DNA from: Candidatus Aminicenantes bacterium
GTDB taxonomy: Bacteria > Acidobacteriota > Aminicenantia > Aminicenantales > JAFGBC01
Length of the DNA stretch: 64,000 nt
Direction of reading: 5' to 3'
Assembly (NCBI GenBank): GCA_963702005.1
Contig: OY969696.1
Location: forward strand, 3,616,001 to 3,680,000
In this document: piece by piece, positions 15,495 through 24,858 of the stretch
How the letters are laid out: each line of letters begins with the position of its first letter
How positions within the stretch are numbered: the stretch's first letter is position 1
Program-made: the position numbers and the translations under genes
The notes under the pieces: generated by a model
Seen by the model: the letters and a program-made list of their open reading frames with translations, nothing else
Told to the model about the DNA's origin: nothing
Database searches by the model: none

Positions 15495-16400
15495 ATGATA
15501 AAAAGTATTACCGGCATCATTCTCGTTTCATTCGTTGCGCTCGGATCGGGATTCGGCGAGACGCCCCAAGCCGGCGTCGTCGTCAAGGGGGTTGAAAACA
15601 TGTATTCCAAGCCCGACGACGCCTCGGACGTCGTCAGCCAGGCCCTGCTCGGTGTCACCGTCAAGATCCTCGCTTCCGAAAAGAGCATTAAGGCCGAGGA
15701 TTGGTACAAGGTTGAAACGCCCGACACCTACCAGGGCTGGATGGCCGGTTCCGGGCTTCGGATCTATAAAGAGGGAGAGCCCGCCTACGCCTCCCGGGGC
15801 AAGGTCTTCGAGGTCACGAGCCTGCTGGCCCTGGTCTACGAAACGCCCGACGTGACCGAAAAGAAACCCCTCGTCAAGGCCCCCATCTCGGCCTGTCTCG
15901 AAGCGGGCGCGCCCGAAGAGCGCTGGTGCGAAGTGACGCTCCCCTGCGGCGCCAAGGGGCACATCCAGGTCGGAGACGGCGTTCTGCGCGAAGCGGGCTT
16001 CAAGCGGCCGCGCCTTGCCCCGGAAGAGACGGCCGCCCTCGCCCAGCGCTTCCTGGGCCTCCCCTATCAATGGGGGGGCAATTCGCCGCTCGGGATCGAT
16101 TGCTCCGGTTTCGCCCAGCTCCTCTACCGCCTGAGCGGGGTCGAAATCCTCCGCGACGCCGACATCCAGCGCGACAAGAGCGGCCTGGTCGAAGTCGCCA
16201 AGGGCAAAGAGGAGACGACCGACCTCGTCTTCTTCGGCAGTGCGCCCGACAAGATCGGCCATGTCGGGATGATGATCAGCCGGACCCAGTTCATCCACGC
16301 CACGACCCACGACAAGCCCGTCGTCCAGATTTCGACTTTGGCCGATTCCTACTGGCAGTCGATCTACCAGGGCGCCCGGAGGCCAAAGAAGAATTCATGA
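15495..16400 (+). CDS. SH3 + NlpC/P60 gamma-D-glutamyl endopeptidase (YkfC-like)
   Basis: Signal peptide, SQALLG/YQGW SH3b, PYQWGG..GIDCSG, RDADIQ, HVG and FIHA. Confidence 0.9.
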   Translation: MIKSITGIILVSFVALGSGFGETPQAGVVVKGVENMYSKPDDASDVVSQALLGVTVKILASEKSIKAEDWYKVETPDTYQGWMAGSGLRIYKEGEPAYASRGKVFEVTSLLALVYETPDVTEKKPLVKAPISACLEAGAPEERWCEVTLPCGAKGHIQVGDGVLREAGFKRPRLAPEETAALAQRFLGLPYQWGGNSPLGIDCSGFAQLLYRLSGVEILRDADIQRDKSGLVEVAKGKEETTDLVFFGSAPDKIGHVGMMISRTQFIHATTHDKPVVQISTLADSYWQSIYQGARRPKKNS

Positions 16401-16687
16401 CCGATCCCACCGCAAAAGCCCCGAACCCGGTTCTCCAGAAAGCGGCCGATTTCCTGATCGGCTTCGGTCTCATCATCAAAGGCTGCGACAAGCTGGAGCA
16501 TTTCGACCGCTCCCCCCTGCTGGTCGGATTCCTGTTCCTGGCCGCGGCGGCGGCGACATTTGTCCTTAATGCCATCTTCGTCCATATCATTTGGATGAAC
16601 ACAACGGCGGCCGCATTGGCCGTCGGCGGGATCATCATCTTTCTGACTGGTAAAGACGCCGCAGGGCAGCGCGATTCCAAAAGATAG
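16397..16687 (+). CDS. Small membrane protein of unknown function
   Basis: ATGA overlap with the NlpC stop. 96 aa with about 3 hydrophobic segments. Confidence 0.5.
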   Translation: MTDPTAKAPNPVLQKAADFLIGFGLIIKGCDKLEHFDRSPLLVGFLFLAAAAATFVLNAIFVHIIWMNTTAAALAVGGIIIFLTGKDAAGQRDSKR

Positions 16688-16834
16688 CTACGTGCCTTCG
16701 AGCCATCCTGCCCCGAGCCCTTCCGAGGAAGACGGGAGTCTCGGGTGATCTTGATCGGAACGGGGAGCGAGGACCGCTTTCAAAACCCTTCTATCACATC
16801 ATCTTAGAAGAGATTTACGGTGGGATCCCGGTGA

Positions 16835-16863
16835 TTGACAGGCACCGGGCCTTTCGCTATAAA
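16835..16863 (+). promoter_or_regulatory. Sigma70 promoter for CBS protein
   Basis: TTGACA-17 nt-TATAAA. Confidence 0.65.
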
Positions 16864-16955
16864 TAAGGGTGTGCGCACCGTCCGTCCCGGACGGGGCAGA
16901 ATTGACCCGGACGGGACGGACGGTGCGGCACAGGTTTGGGAAGGAGAGTCTCACC

Positions 16956-17393
16956 ATGATGACCGTCAAGGAAATACTCGACGCCAAAGGGAGCGCTGTC
17001 TGGACGATCGCGCCGAACGCCAAAGTCATCGACGCCCTCAAGCTCATGGACGACAAGGGCATCGGCGCCCTGGTCGTCGTCGAGAGAAACCGCGTTATCG
17101 GCGTCATCTCCGAGCGCGATTACGCCCGTAAGGTCGTCCTCGAGGGCAAGACCTCCAAGGACACCCCGGTCAAGGACATCATGACCTCGCCCGTCTACGG
17201 CGTCCGCCTGGAGACTACGGCCGAGGAATGCATGGCCCTGATGACGGGTAAGCACATCCGCCACCTCCCCGTCTGCGAAAACGAAAAGCTCCTCGGCGTC
17301 GTCTCGATCGGCGACGTCGTCAAGTCCATCATGACCGAGCAGAAGGTCACGATCGAGAATCTCCAGAATTACATCATGGGCAAGTACGTCTGA
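16956..17393 (+). CDS. Tandem CBS-domain protein
   Basis: AAGGAG SD; GVISERDYARKV, RHLPV and GVVSIGDVVK motifs. Confidence 0.92.
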   Translation: MMTVKEILDAKGSAVWTIAPNAKVIDALKLMDDKGIGALVVVERNRVIGVISERDYARKVVLEGKTSKDTPVKDIMTSPVYGVRLETTAEECMALMTGKHIRHLPVCENEKLLGVVSIGDVVKSIMTEQKVTIENLQNYIMGKYV

Positions 17394-17546
17394 GCCGCTT
17401 CCGGCCGCCCCGATAAAACGCCGCCCGTCCGGCCGGAGATATTCCCGCTCCCAATCCGCAATCCCTGGATCGCGGACTCCTCGACAAGCGCGAAGCCGAG
17501 GCCGGCTTCCCGAAAACGAAGGCTTAGTCCTCGCTCAAGAAATCTA

Positions 17547-17608
17547 TTGACAAAGGGGAAGTTTCGCTTATTATTAAACTGTGAAAACTGATAGAGTTTT
17601 TCCAGTTT
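17547..17608 (+). promoter_or_regulatory. Promoter and probable TetR operator
   Basis: TTGACA-16 nt-TATTAT. Nested inverted repeats AAAACT-gatag-AGTTTT and AAACTG...CAGTTT overlap the start codon. Confidence 0.55.
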
Positions 17609-18267
17609 CCAGAAAAACCGAACCCCCGGACGGCTCGCTCAAGGCCCGGATCGTCGAGGCGGCCCGGGACCTTTTCATAAAATTCGGGTTCGTCCGGGTC
17701 AGGGCCGACGACATCGCCGCCAAGCTGGGGATCTCCAAAGCGACCCTCTACAAGGAGTTCGCCAGCAAGGAGGAGATCCTTCGGGCTGTCGTCGGCCGGA
17801 CTGTCGCCACGATGGCCGCCGCCATCGAGGCCGTCGTCCGCGATGAGTCCCGGGACTTTATTGAGAAGACGATCGGACTGATGGGCTTCGTGAAATCCGC
17901 CATCACCCTGATGGGGGGACCGCTCGGACAGGATATCGAAAAGTACGCACCCGAAATCTGGAAAGAGATCGACGAGTTCCGACGGAAGATGATCCTGGCC
18001 AACTTCAAGATCCTGATCGAGGCCGGTGTCCGGGAGGGCGTTCTCCGCGAGGACACCGACCGGGATATCGTCGTCCTGCTCTGGGTCACCCTGGTCCAGA
18101 GCCTGCTGAGGCCCGAAATGGTCCTCCGGCTCCCCACCTCGGCCGACACCGTTTTCGAGATCATGATTAAAATCATCTTCGAAGGCCTGCTCACGGACAA
18201 AGGCCGTCGGACATACGCCGCTAAAAAAGGGACGCTCGTCGCCCCGAAGAAGGAGATCCTGCCATGA
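17581..18267 (+). CDS. TetR/AcrR family transcriptional regulator
   Basis: IVEAARDLF..GF....DDIAAKLGISKATLYKEFASKEEI HTH. Start uncertain (GTG, possibly leaderless). Confidence 0.9.
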   Translation: MKTDRVFPVSRKTEPPDGSLKARIVEAARDLFIKFGFVRVRADDIAAKLGISKATLYKEFASKEEILRAVVGRTVATMAAAIEAVVRDESRDFIEKTIGLMGFVKSAITLMGGPLGQDIEKYAPEIWKEIDEFRRKMILANFKILIEAGVREGVLREDTDRDIVVLLWVTLVQSLLRPEMVLRLPTSADTVFEIMIKIIFEGLLTDKGRRTYAAKKGTLVAPKKEILP

Positions 18268-19289
18268 CACGAATCCCCCGCCGCCTTTCCATCCCCCTCT
18301 CGATCGGGCTCATCGGCTCGGCCCTCGCCCTGGCGACCGCCTGCCGCAGGAGCGGCGACCCGAACGTCATCAGCGCGACCGGGACGATCGAGGCCGTCGA
18401 GGTCCGGATCGCCTCCAAGCTCCTCGGCGAAGTCAAGGACATCCTCGTCGATGAGGGCGCCCGGGTCAAACGCGGCGACGTCCTGGCCGTGGTCGATCAG
18501 ACCAGCCTCGACTTCCAGCTCAAGCAGGCCGAATCGGCGGTCGACCTCGCCCAGGCCCAGACCGACCTCATCCGCAAGGGCTCCCGCGCCGAGGACATCC
18601 GGCAGGCCGAGGAGGCCCTCAAGCAGGCCGAGACCGGCCTCGAGGTCGCCCGCAAAGACGCCGAAAGGGCTCGAGACCTCGCCCTCAAAGGAAGCGCCAC
18701 GGCCAAACAGAAGGACGATGCCGAGGCCCGCTTGGCCGTCGCCGAGGCCCAGCGCAGCCAGGCAGCCGAGCTCCTGAAAAAAGTCCGGACGATCACCCGG
18801 CCCGAGGACATACGCTCGGCCGAGGCCCGCCTCAGCCAGGTCCGCGCCGCCGCAGACCTCCTCCGCAGGACCATCGTCGACTGCACGGTCACGGCTCCCG
18901 CCGACGGCGTCATCACCCAGCGCTTGGCCCAACCGGGCGAATTTGTCATACCCGGGGCCGGGCTCCTCATCCTGAGCCGGCTCGACACGGTCTATGTCAT
19001 GATCTACGTGACCGAGAAAGAGCTGGGAAGGGTGCGGCTCGGCGACGCCGCCGAAATCCGGATCGATTCCTTCCCGGACCGGCCCTTCCCCGGCAAAGTC
19101 ACCTACATTTCGCCCGAGGCCGAGTTCACTCCTAAAAATATCCAAACTAAGGAGGATCGGGTCAAGCTCGTGTTCGGGGTCAAGGTCGAGATTCCCAATC
19201 CCGACGGCCTCCTCAAGCCGGGGCTCCCGGCCGACGCCGTCATCCGGGTCCGACCCGACCTCCCTCCCGCCCCGGGAGGCGCCCGATGA
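18264..19289 (+). CDS. HlyD-family membrane fusion protein (YbhG-like), lipoprotein-type signal
   Basis: SATGTIEA, V.EG..V..GD, coiled coil, AP.DG and ISPEAEFTPKNIQT motifs. Confidence 0.92.
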   Translation: MTRIPRRLSIPLSIGLIGSALALATACRRSGDPNVISATGTIEAVEVRIASKLLGEVKDILVDEGARVKRGDVLAVVDQTSLDFQLKQAESAVDLAQAQTDLIRKGSRAEDIRQAEEALKQAETGLEVARKDAERARDLALKGSATAKQKDDAEARLAVAEAQRSQAAELLKKVRTITRPEDIRSAEARLSQVRAAADLLRRTIVDCTVTAPADGVITQRLAQPGEFVIPGAGLLILSRLDTVYVMIYVTEKELGRVRLGDAAEIRIDSFPDRPFPGKVTYISPEAEFTPKNIQTKEDRVKLVFGVKVEIPNPDGLLKPGLPADAVIRVRPDLPPAPGGAR

Positions 19290-20245
19290 CGGAGACCGGC
19301 CCCGCGATCGAGACGCGCGGTCTGACCCGGCTCTTCGGATCCGTCCGGGCCGTGGACGGCCTCGACCTTCGCGTCGAGCGGGGCGAGATGTTCAGCCTGG
19401 TCGGCCCCGACGGCGCGGGCAAGACGACGGCCATCCGGATGCTGTGCGGGATCCTCAAGCCCAGCGCCGGGAACGCCACCGTCCTGGGCTATGACCTGTC
19501 CCGGGAGGCGGAGATCCTGAAGAGCCGCATCGGCTACCTCTCCCAACGTTTCAGCCTCTACGGGGATCTGACGGTCGACGAGAACATCGAGTTCTTCGCC
19601 GAGATCCATGGTGTCCGGGATTACCGTGAGCGCCGCGAGGAGTTGCTCGAGTTCACCCGGCTCACCCCTTTCCGGGTTCGCCTGGCCGAGCGCCTCTCGG
19701 GCGGGATGAGACAAAAGCTGGCCCTGGCCTGCACGCTCATTCATACGCCATCCCTCCTCCTTCTCGACGAGCCGACGACGGGGGTCGATCCCGTCTCGCG
19801 GCGGGAATTCTGGAAGATTCTGTCGAGCCTGCTCAAGACCGGGATGACCATCCTCCTGACCACCCCTTACCTGGACGAAGCCGAACGGTCATCCCGGGTC
19901 GGTCTCATGAGCGAAGGGAGGATTCGAGCCGCCGGAACGCCCCGGGAGATCCAAGGCCTCATGAAAGGGACCATCATCGAAGTCGTGAGCTCCGACGTCC
20001 GGAAGGCTTTCCATGCCCTCCAGCCCCTCAAAGGGCCCAACGAAGTCCAGATGTTCGGGGACCGGCTCAACATCGTCGTCGATGACGCGGCTCGCGAGGC
20101 GCCGGCCCTGACGGCCGCCCTTAAGCGGCAGGGCGTGGAGGTCCTCCACTGGCAGGAAGTCCCGCCCTCCCTGGAAAATGTTTTTATCATGCTGACTCAA
20201 TCGCCATCGACGGAGGCCCGCCATGATCAAGTTCGGACGTCCTAA
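19286..20245 (+). CDS. ABC transporter ATP-binding protein (YbhF-like)
   Basis: GPDGAGKT, LSGGMRQK and LLLDEPT motifs. Confidence 0.95.
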   Translation: MTETGPAIETRGLTRLFGSVRAVDGLDLRVERGEMFSLVGPDGAGKTTAIRMLCGILKPSAGNATVLGYDLSREAEILKSRIGYLSQRFSLYGDLTVDENIEFFAEIHGVRDYRERREELLEFTRLTPFRVRLAERLSGGMRQKLALACTLIHTPSLLLLDEPTTGVDPVSRREFWKILSSLLKTGMTILLTTPYLDEAERSSRVGLMSEGRIRAAGTPREIQGLMKGTIIEVVSSDVRKAFHALQPLKGPNEVQMFGDRLNIVVDDAAREAPALTAALKRQGVEVLHWQEVPPSLENVFIMLTQSPSTEARHDQVRTS

Positions 20246-21611
20246 AAAAACAGCTTGGGCGCTGATTGTCCTCGGGTTTATCGCGGCCGCCGCGGCGCCG
20301 GTAAGCGCCGCGCCCACCGACGCCGAGAGGACCCTGACGCTGGATGAATGCATCGGCTTAGCCCTCGAGAATTCCAAGGCCCTCCATGCCTCTTCCCTCA
20401 GGGTCGAATCGGCCGAGGCCAAGGTCAAGGAAATCAACGCGGCCCGCCTCCCCTCTTTACGGCTCGGCGCGAGCTACACCCGGTTGAGCGAGATCCCGCC
20501 GTTCGAGATCACGCTCCCCGCTTTTCTATTTCCGAAGCCGATGAAGTTCGAAGTCTCGCCCGTCTTTCTCGACAACTACAACCTCAGGCTCTCCTTCGTC
20601 CAACCGCTGTTCACGGGGTTCAGGCTCAAGAGCGGCGAGGAGGCCGCCCGCTGGGGCGCCCGGGCCAGCGAGGAGGATTACGGGCGCGACCGGACCGAGC
20701 TTGTCTTCGCCGTCAAGAGCGCCTACTGGAATCTGTTCAAGGCCCGGGCGGTGGCCGGCATCGTCGCCGAGAACGTGGACCAGATCCGGCGACACCTCCA
20801 GGACGTCGAGAACCTCCTCGGGAACGGGCTCCTGACCCGGAACGAAGTCCTTCGGGTCAAGGTCCAGCTCTCCCAGGTCGAGATGCTGCGCGTTGAAACG
20901 GACGACGCCGTCGAGCTTGCCTCGCTCTGGCTCAAGAACGTCATCGGGCTTCCCCTCGAGGAGGAGATCACGATCCCGGCCGAAGCGGGGGAGACCGGGC
21001 TTTCGACGCCGACGCCCGCCGGTCCGACAACTTGCGACGAATGGGTCGCCAGGGCCCTCGAAAACCGGCCCGAGCTCAAGGCCATGGATTATCGGGTCCG
21101 GGCCGCCGAATCGGGCCTGGCCGTCGCCCGCTCTTCCTGGTATCCCCAAGTCTTCTTCGCCGGGAACTACACCTTCGCGCGTCCCAACCCGCGGATTCTC
21201 CCCTCGAAGGACCGTTTCTACGATACCTGGGACTTCTCCATCTCCGTCTCCATGGATCTCTGGAATTGGGGCGTGACCTCCTACCAAACCGCCCAGGCCA
21301 AAGCCCAGATCGCCCAGGCTCAGGACGGCCTGAGTCAGGTCCGCGACGGCGTCATCATCGAGGTCCGGAGCGGTTGGCTGGCCCTCGAGACGGCCGGACG
21401 TAAAACTGCGGTCGCCGCCGAGGCCATCCTCCAGGCCGATGAGAACCTCCGCGTGACCCTGGACCGCTTCAAAGACGGCGTCGCCCTGAACGCGGATGTC
21501 CTGGACGCCAAGGTCGCCCTCCTCCAGGCCAAGACGGCCCAGGCTCAGGCCCAAGCCGACCGGGCCGTCGCCCTGGCCCGGCTGGCCAAGGCGGCCGGCG
21601 AGGCGCGCTGA
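20223..21611 (+). CDS. TolC-family outer membrane efflux protein
   Basis: Signal peptide, LTLDECI.LALEN, QPLFTGF, ALENRPEL and duplicated OEP halves. Confidence 0.92.
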   Translation: MIKFGRPKKTAWALIVLGFIAAAAAPVSAAPTDAERTLTLDECIGLALENSKALHASSLRVESAEAKVKEINAARLPSLRLGASYTRLSEIPPFEITLPAFLFPKPMKFEVSPVFLDNYNLRLSFVQPLFTGFRLKSGEEAARWGARASEEDYGRDRTELVFAVKSAYWNLFKARAVAGIVAENVDQIRRHLQDVENLLGNGLLTRNEVLRVKVQLSQVEMLRVETDDAVELASLWLKNVIGLPLEEEITIPAEAGETGLSTPTPAGPTTCDEWVARALENRPELKAMDYRVRAAESGLAVARSSWYPQVFFAGNYTFARPNPRILPSKDRFYDTWDFSISVSMDLWNWGVTSYQTAQAKAQIAQAQDGLSQVRDGVIIEVRSGWLALETAGRKTAVAAEAILQADENLRVTLDRFKDGVALNADVLDAKVALLQAKTAQAQAQADRAVALARLAKAAGEAR

Positions 21612-21630
21612 CGGGATAGAAACGAAAACC

Positions 21631-22578
21631 ATGGCCGAGCCGACCATCGACGTCAGGGAGTTAACCAAAACCTTCGGTTCTTTCACGGCCGTGGACCGGG
21701 TCAGCTTCACGGTCGGCCGCGGCGAGATCTTCGGATTTCTGGGCGCTAACGGCGCCGGGAAGTCGACGACGATCCGGATGCTCTGCGGCCTGCTCAGCCC
21801 GACCTCGGGGACGGCCCGGGTCGGCGGCCACGACATCCGGACCGAGCCCGAGGACGTCAAGCGCCGGATCGGCTACATGTCCCAGAAGTTCTCCCTCTAC
21901 GACGACCTGACCGTGGAGGAGAATATCGTATTCTTCGGCGGCGTCTACGGCCTGACCAGGGACAGGATCCGCCAGCGGATGGCCTGGTTCCTCGACCTGG
22001 CCGGCCTGCGCGGCCTGGAGAGAAGCTTGGCCCGCGAGCTCTCGGCCGGCTGGAAGCAGCGTCTGGCCCTCGGCTGCGCCATCCTTCACGAGCCGGAGAT
22101 CGTCTTCCTCGACGAGCCGACCGGCGGAGTGGATCCCATCATGAGGCGGCGTTTCTGGGAGCTTATCAACAGCCTCTCGGAGGGGGGCGTAACCGTTTTC
22201 GTCACGACCCACTACCTCGACGAGGCCGAGTACTGCAACACGATCCGCCTCATCCACGACGGACGGATCATCGCCGGCGGGAGTCCGCGCGAGCTCAAGA
22301 CAACCGTTTTCGGCCAGTCCATCTTCGCGGTCGAGGCCGACAACGTCATCGAGGCTCTGGAAGCGCTCCAGGCCGATCCGGGCGTGCTGGAAACGTCGGT
22401 CTTCGGCGTTTCCCTCCACGTCAGCCTCAAGGAGGCCCGGGAGGGCGAGGCGCGGCTGCGCCGGATACTGGCCGGCCGGGGCCTTCGAGTCCGCCGGATC
22501 GCCCGGATCACGCCCTCGCTCGAGGATGTCTTCATCCATAAAGTCGAGGAAGAGCGCAAGAAAGGGGCGCGGCCATGA
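21631..22578 (+). CDS. ABC transporter ATP-binding protein
   Basis: GANGAGKS, LSAGWKQR, FLDEPT and TTHY motifs. Confidence 0.95.
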   Translation: MAEPTIDVRELTKTFGSFTAVDRVSFTVGRGEIFGFLGANGAGKSTTIRMLCGLLSPTSGTARVGGHDIRTEPEDVKRRIGYMSQKFSLYDDLTVEENIVFFGGVYGLTRDRIRQRMAWFLDLAGLRGLERSLARELSAGWKQRLALGCAILHEPEIVFLDEPTGGVDPIMRRRFWELINSLSEGGVTVFVTTHYLDEAEYCNTIRLIHDGRIIAGGSPRELKTTVFGQSIFAVEADNVIEALEALQADPGVLETSVFGVSLHVSLKEAREGEARLRRILAGRGLRVRRIARITPSLEDVFIHKVEEERKKGARP

Positions 22579-23714
22579 GCATGATCCGGGACCGGATCCG
22601 GCCCGTCGTCAGGAAGGAGCTGCGGCAGATCCGGCGCGACCCGCGGACGCTCGTCCTCCTCCTGGCCATGCCCATCTTTCTCCTCATCATGTACGGCTAC
22701 GCCCTCAACTTCGACGTCAAGCACATCAAACTCGCCCTCTGCGACCAGGACCGGAGCCGGTCGAGCCGCGAATTCGCCGGGATCTTTCTCCACACGGAAT
22801 ATTTCGACCTGGTCAAGACGATCCCCGACCCGGCCTTGATCGACGCCCTCATCGACCGCGGCCTAGCCAAGGCCGGACTGGTCATCCCGCACGGATTCGG
22901 GGCGGACATCGCGGCCGGCCGCTCGCCGGCCGTCCAGGTTCTTCTGGACGGCTCCGACCCGACCAGCGGCGCCACGGCCGTCGGCTATATCAACACGATC
23001 GCCCTGACCTATTCCATCAAGCTCGTCACGGTCCGCCTCGATCGTTTCGGGATCTCCGGGACGCAGCCGCCCCTCGACCTCCGGCCCCGAGTTTGGTACA
23101 ACCCCGAGCTGCGGAGCGTCCGCTTCCTGATCTCGGGGCTGATCGCCTTCATCCTGATGACGGTCGTCGTCGTCTCGACGGCCTTCTCCGTCGTCCGTGA
23201 GAAGGAGCGGGGGACGATGGAGCAGATCCTCGTCTCGCCCCTGCGTCCTCTGGACCTCATCGCCGGGAAGACCATTCCCTACATCTTCATCTCGCTTGTC
23301 TCGAGCCACGCCGTTTTATTGGTGGCCGCCCTCCTGTTCGAAGTGACGATCAAGGGGAGCTACTTATGGCTCCTGGCCGTCATGCTCCTGTTCCTGGTCG
23401 GAGGCCTGGGGCTGGGGATCCTGATTTCGACGGTGGCCCGGACTCAGCAGGTCGCCTTCATGATGGCCATTTTGATGACACTTCTCCCGACCTTCATCCT
23501 GTCCGGGTTCGTCTTCCCGATCCGGAACATGCCGGCGGCCGTCCAGGTCGTGACCTACTTCGTCCCGGCCCGCTACTTCCTGAGCGCCCTGCGGGCCGTC
23601 CTCCTCAAGGGGGCCGGGCTCAAAGCCTTCTGGGACCAGCTCCTCTTCCTGTTCGGGTTCGCGGCCCTGATGATCGGAGCCAGCGCGGTGCGGCTCCGCA
23701 GGGGGGAGGGATAA
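22575..23714 (+). CDS. ABC-2 type permease (YbhS-like)
   Basis: KELRQIRRD, WYNPEL, REKERGTMEQ and LSGFVFPI motifs. Confidence 0.93.
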   Translation: MSMIRDRIRPVVRKELRQIRRDPRTLVLLLAMPIFLLIMYGYALNFDVKHIKLALCDQDRSRSSREFAGIFLHTEYFDLVKTIPDPALIDALIDRGLAKAGLVIPHGFGADIAAGRSPAVQVLLDGSDPTSGATAVGYINTIALTYSIKLVTVRLDRFGISGTQPPLDLRPRVWYNPELRSVRFLISGLIAFILMTVVVVSTAFSVVREKERGTMEQILVSPLRPLDLIAGKTIPYIFISLVSSHAVLLVAALLFEVTIKGSYLWLLAVMLLFLVGGLGLGILISTVARTQQVAFMMAILMTLLPTFILSGFVFPIRNMPAAVQVVTYFVPARYFLSALRAVLLKGAGLKAFWDQLLFLFGFAALMIGASAVRLRRGEG

Positions 23715-23723
23715 AGGGATCCC

Positions 23724-24851
23724 ATGACGGTCGGATCCATCATTCGCAAGGAGTTCGCCCAGGCCCGGAGGGACCGCCGGATGGTCTTCATCATGTTCGC
23801 GGCGCCCGTCTTCCAGCTGCTTCTGTTCGGATACGCAGCCAACCTCGACGTCCGCGACATCCCGATCGCCGTCTGCGACCTCGACCGGAGCCCGGCCAGC
23901 CGCGAGATCCTGGCCTCGTTCACGAACTCGGGCTATTTCACGGTCTCGGCCCGGGCCGAACGGCTCGAGGAGATCGACGGGCTCATCGACAACGGCCGGG
24001 CCGCCCTGGCGATGATCTTCCGGCGCGGGTTCGGATCCGATGTCCGGGCCGGCCGGCCGGCCTCCATCCAGTTGATCGTCGACGGAACCGAAAGCCGGTC
24101 GGCCCTGATCGGCCTCAACTACGCCGCCATGATTACGGGCCGGGCCAGCCAGCGCCTCCTCCTCGAAACGATCGGCCGCCGCCTCCCGGCCGGGGCTTTC
24201 GAGCCGGGCCTGGTCGAGCCCGCCTTCCGCGTTTGGTACAACCCCGAGCTCCGCAGCCGCTCCTTCATGGTCCCCGGCGTCCTGGCCCTGATCCTCCTGA
24301 TGATGACGATGATGTTGACGTCAATGGCGATCGTCCGCGAGAAGGAGACGGGGACCCTCGAGCAGCTCATCGTGACCCCGATCCGGCCCTGGGAGCTCAT
24401 CCTGGGCAAGCTTCTGCCCTTCGTCCTGGTCGGCCTCGCCGACGTCACCCTCATCTTGGGCGTGGCTAGATTCTGGTTCCGGGTGCCGCTCCGGGGGAGC
24501 GTCCCGCTCCTCTACGGACTCAGCCTCATCTTCATGCTGAGCACGCTCGGCCTGGGACTTCTCATCTCGACCGTCTCCCGCAACCAGCAACAGGCCATGA
24601 TGACTTCAGCCTTCACCATGATGCCCATGTTCCTTCTGTCCGGGTTCGCTTTCCCGATCGAGAACATGCCCCAGATCATCCAGGCCGTGACCTACCTCAT
24701 TCCACTCCGCTACTACTTCGTCGTCATCCGGGGCATTTTTCTCAAGGGCGTCGGGCTGGCCGCCCTCTGGGATGAGGCCCTGGCCATGCTCGGACTGGGA
24801 GCGGCGCTTTTGGCGCTGAGTGTAGTCCGCTTCCGGAAGAAGATCGAGTGA
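23724..24851 (+). CDS. ABC-2 type permease (YbhR-like)
   Basis: KEFAQARRD, WYNPEL, REKETGTLEQ and LSGFAFPIENMP motifs. Confidence 0.93.
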   Translation: MTVGSIIRKEFAQARRDRRMVFIMFAAPVFQLLLFGYAANLDVRDIPIAVCDLDRSPASREILASFTNSGYFTVSARAERLEEIDGLIDNGRAALAMIFRRGFGSDVRAGRPASIQLIVDGTESRSALIGLNYAAMITGRASQRLLLETIGRRLPAGAFEPGLVEPAFRVWYNPELRSRSFMVPGVLALILLMMTMMLTSMAIVREKETGTLEQLIVTPIRPWELILGKLLPFVLVGLADVTLILGVARFWFRVPLRGSVPLLYGLSLIFMLSTLGLGLLISTVSRNQQQAMMTSAFTMMPMFLLSGFAFPIENMPQIIQAVTYLIPLRYYFVVIRGIFLKGVGLAALWDEALAMLGLGAALLALSVVRFRKKIE

Positions 24852-24858
24852 GCGCCGG

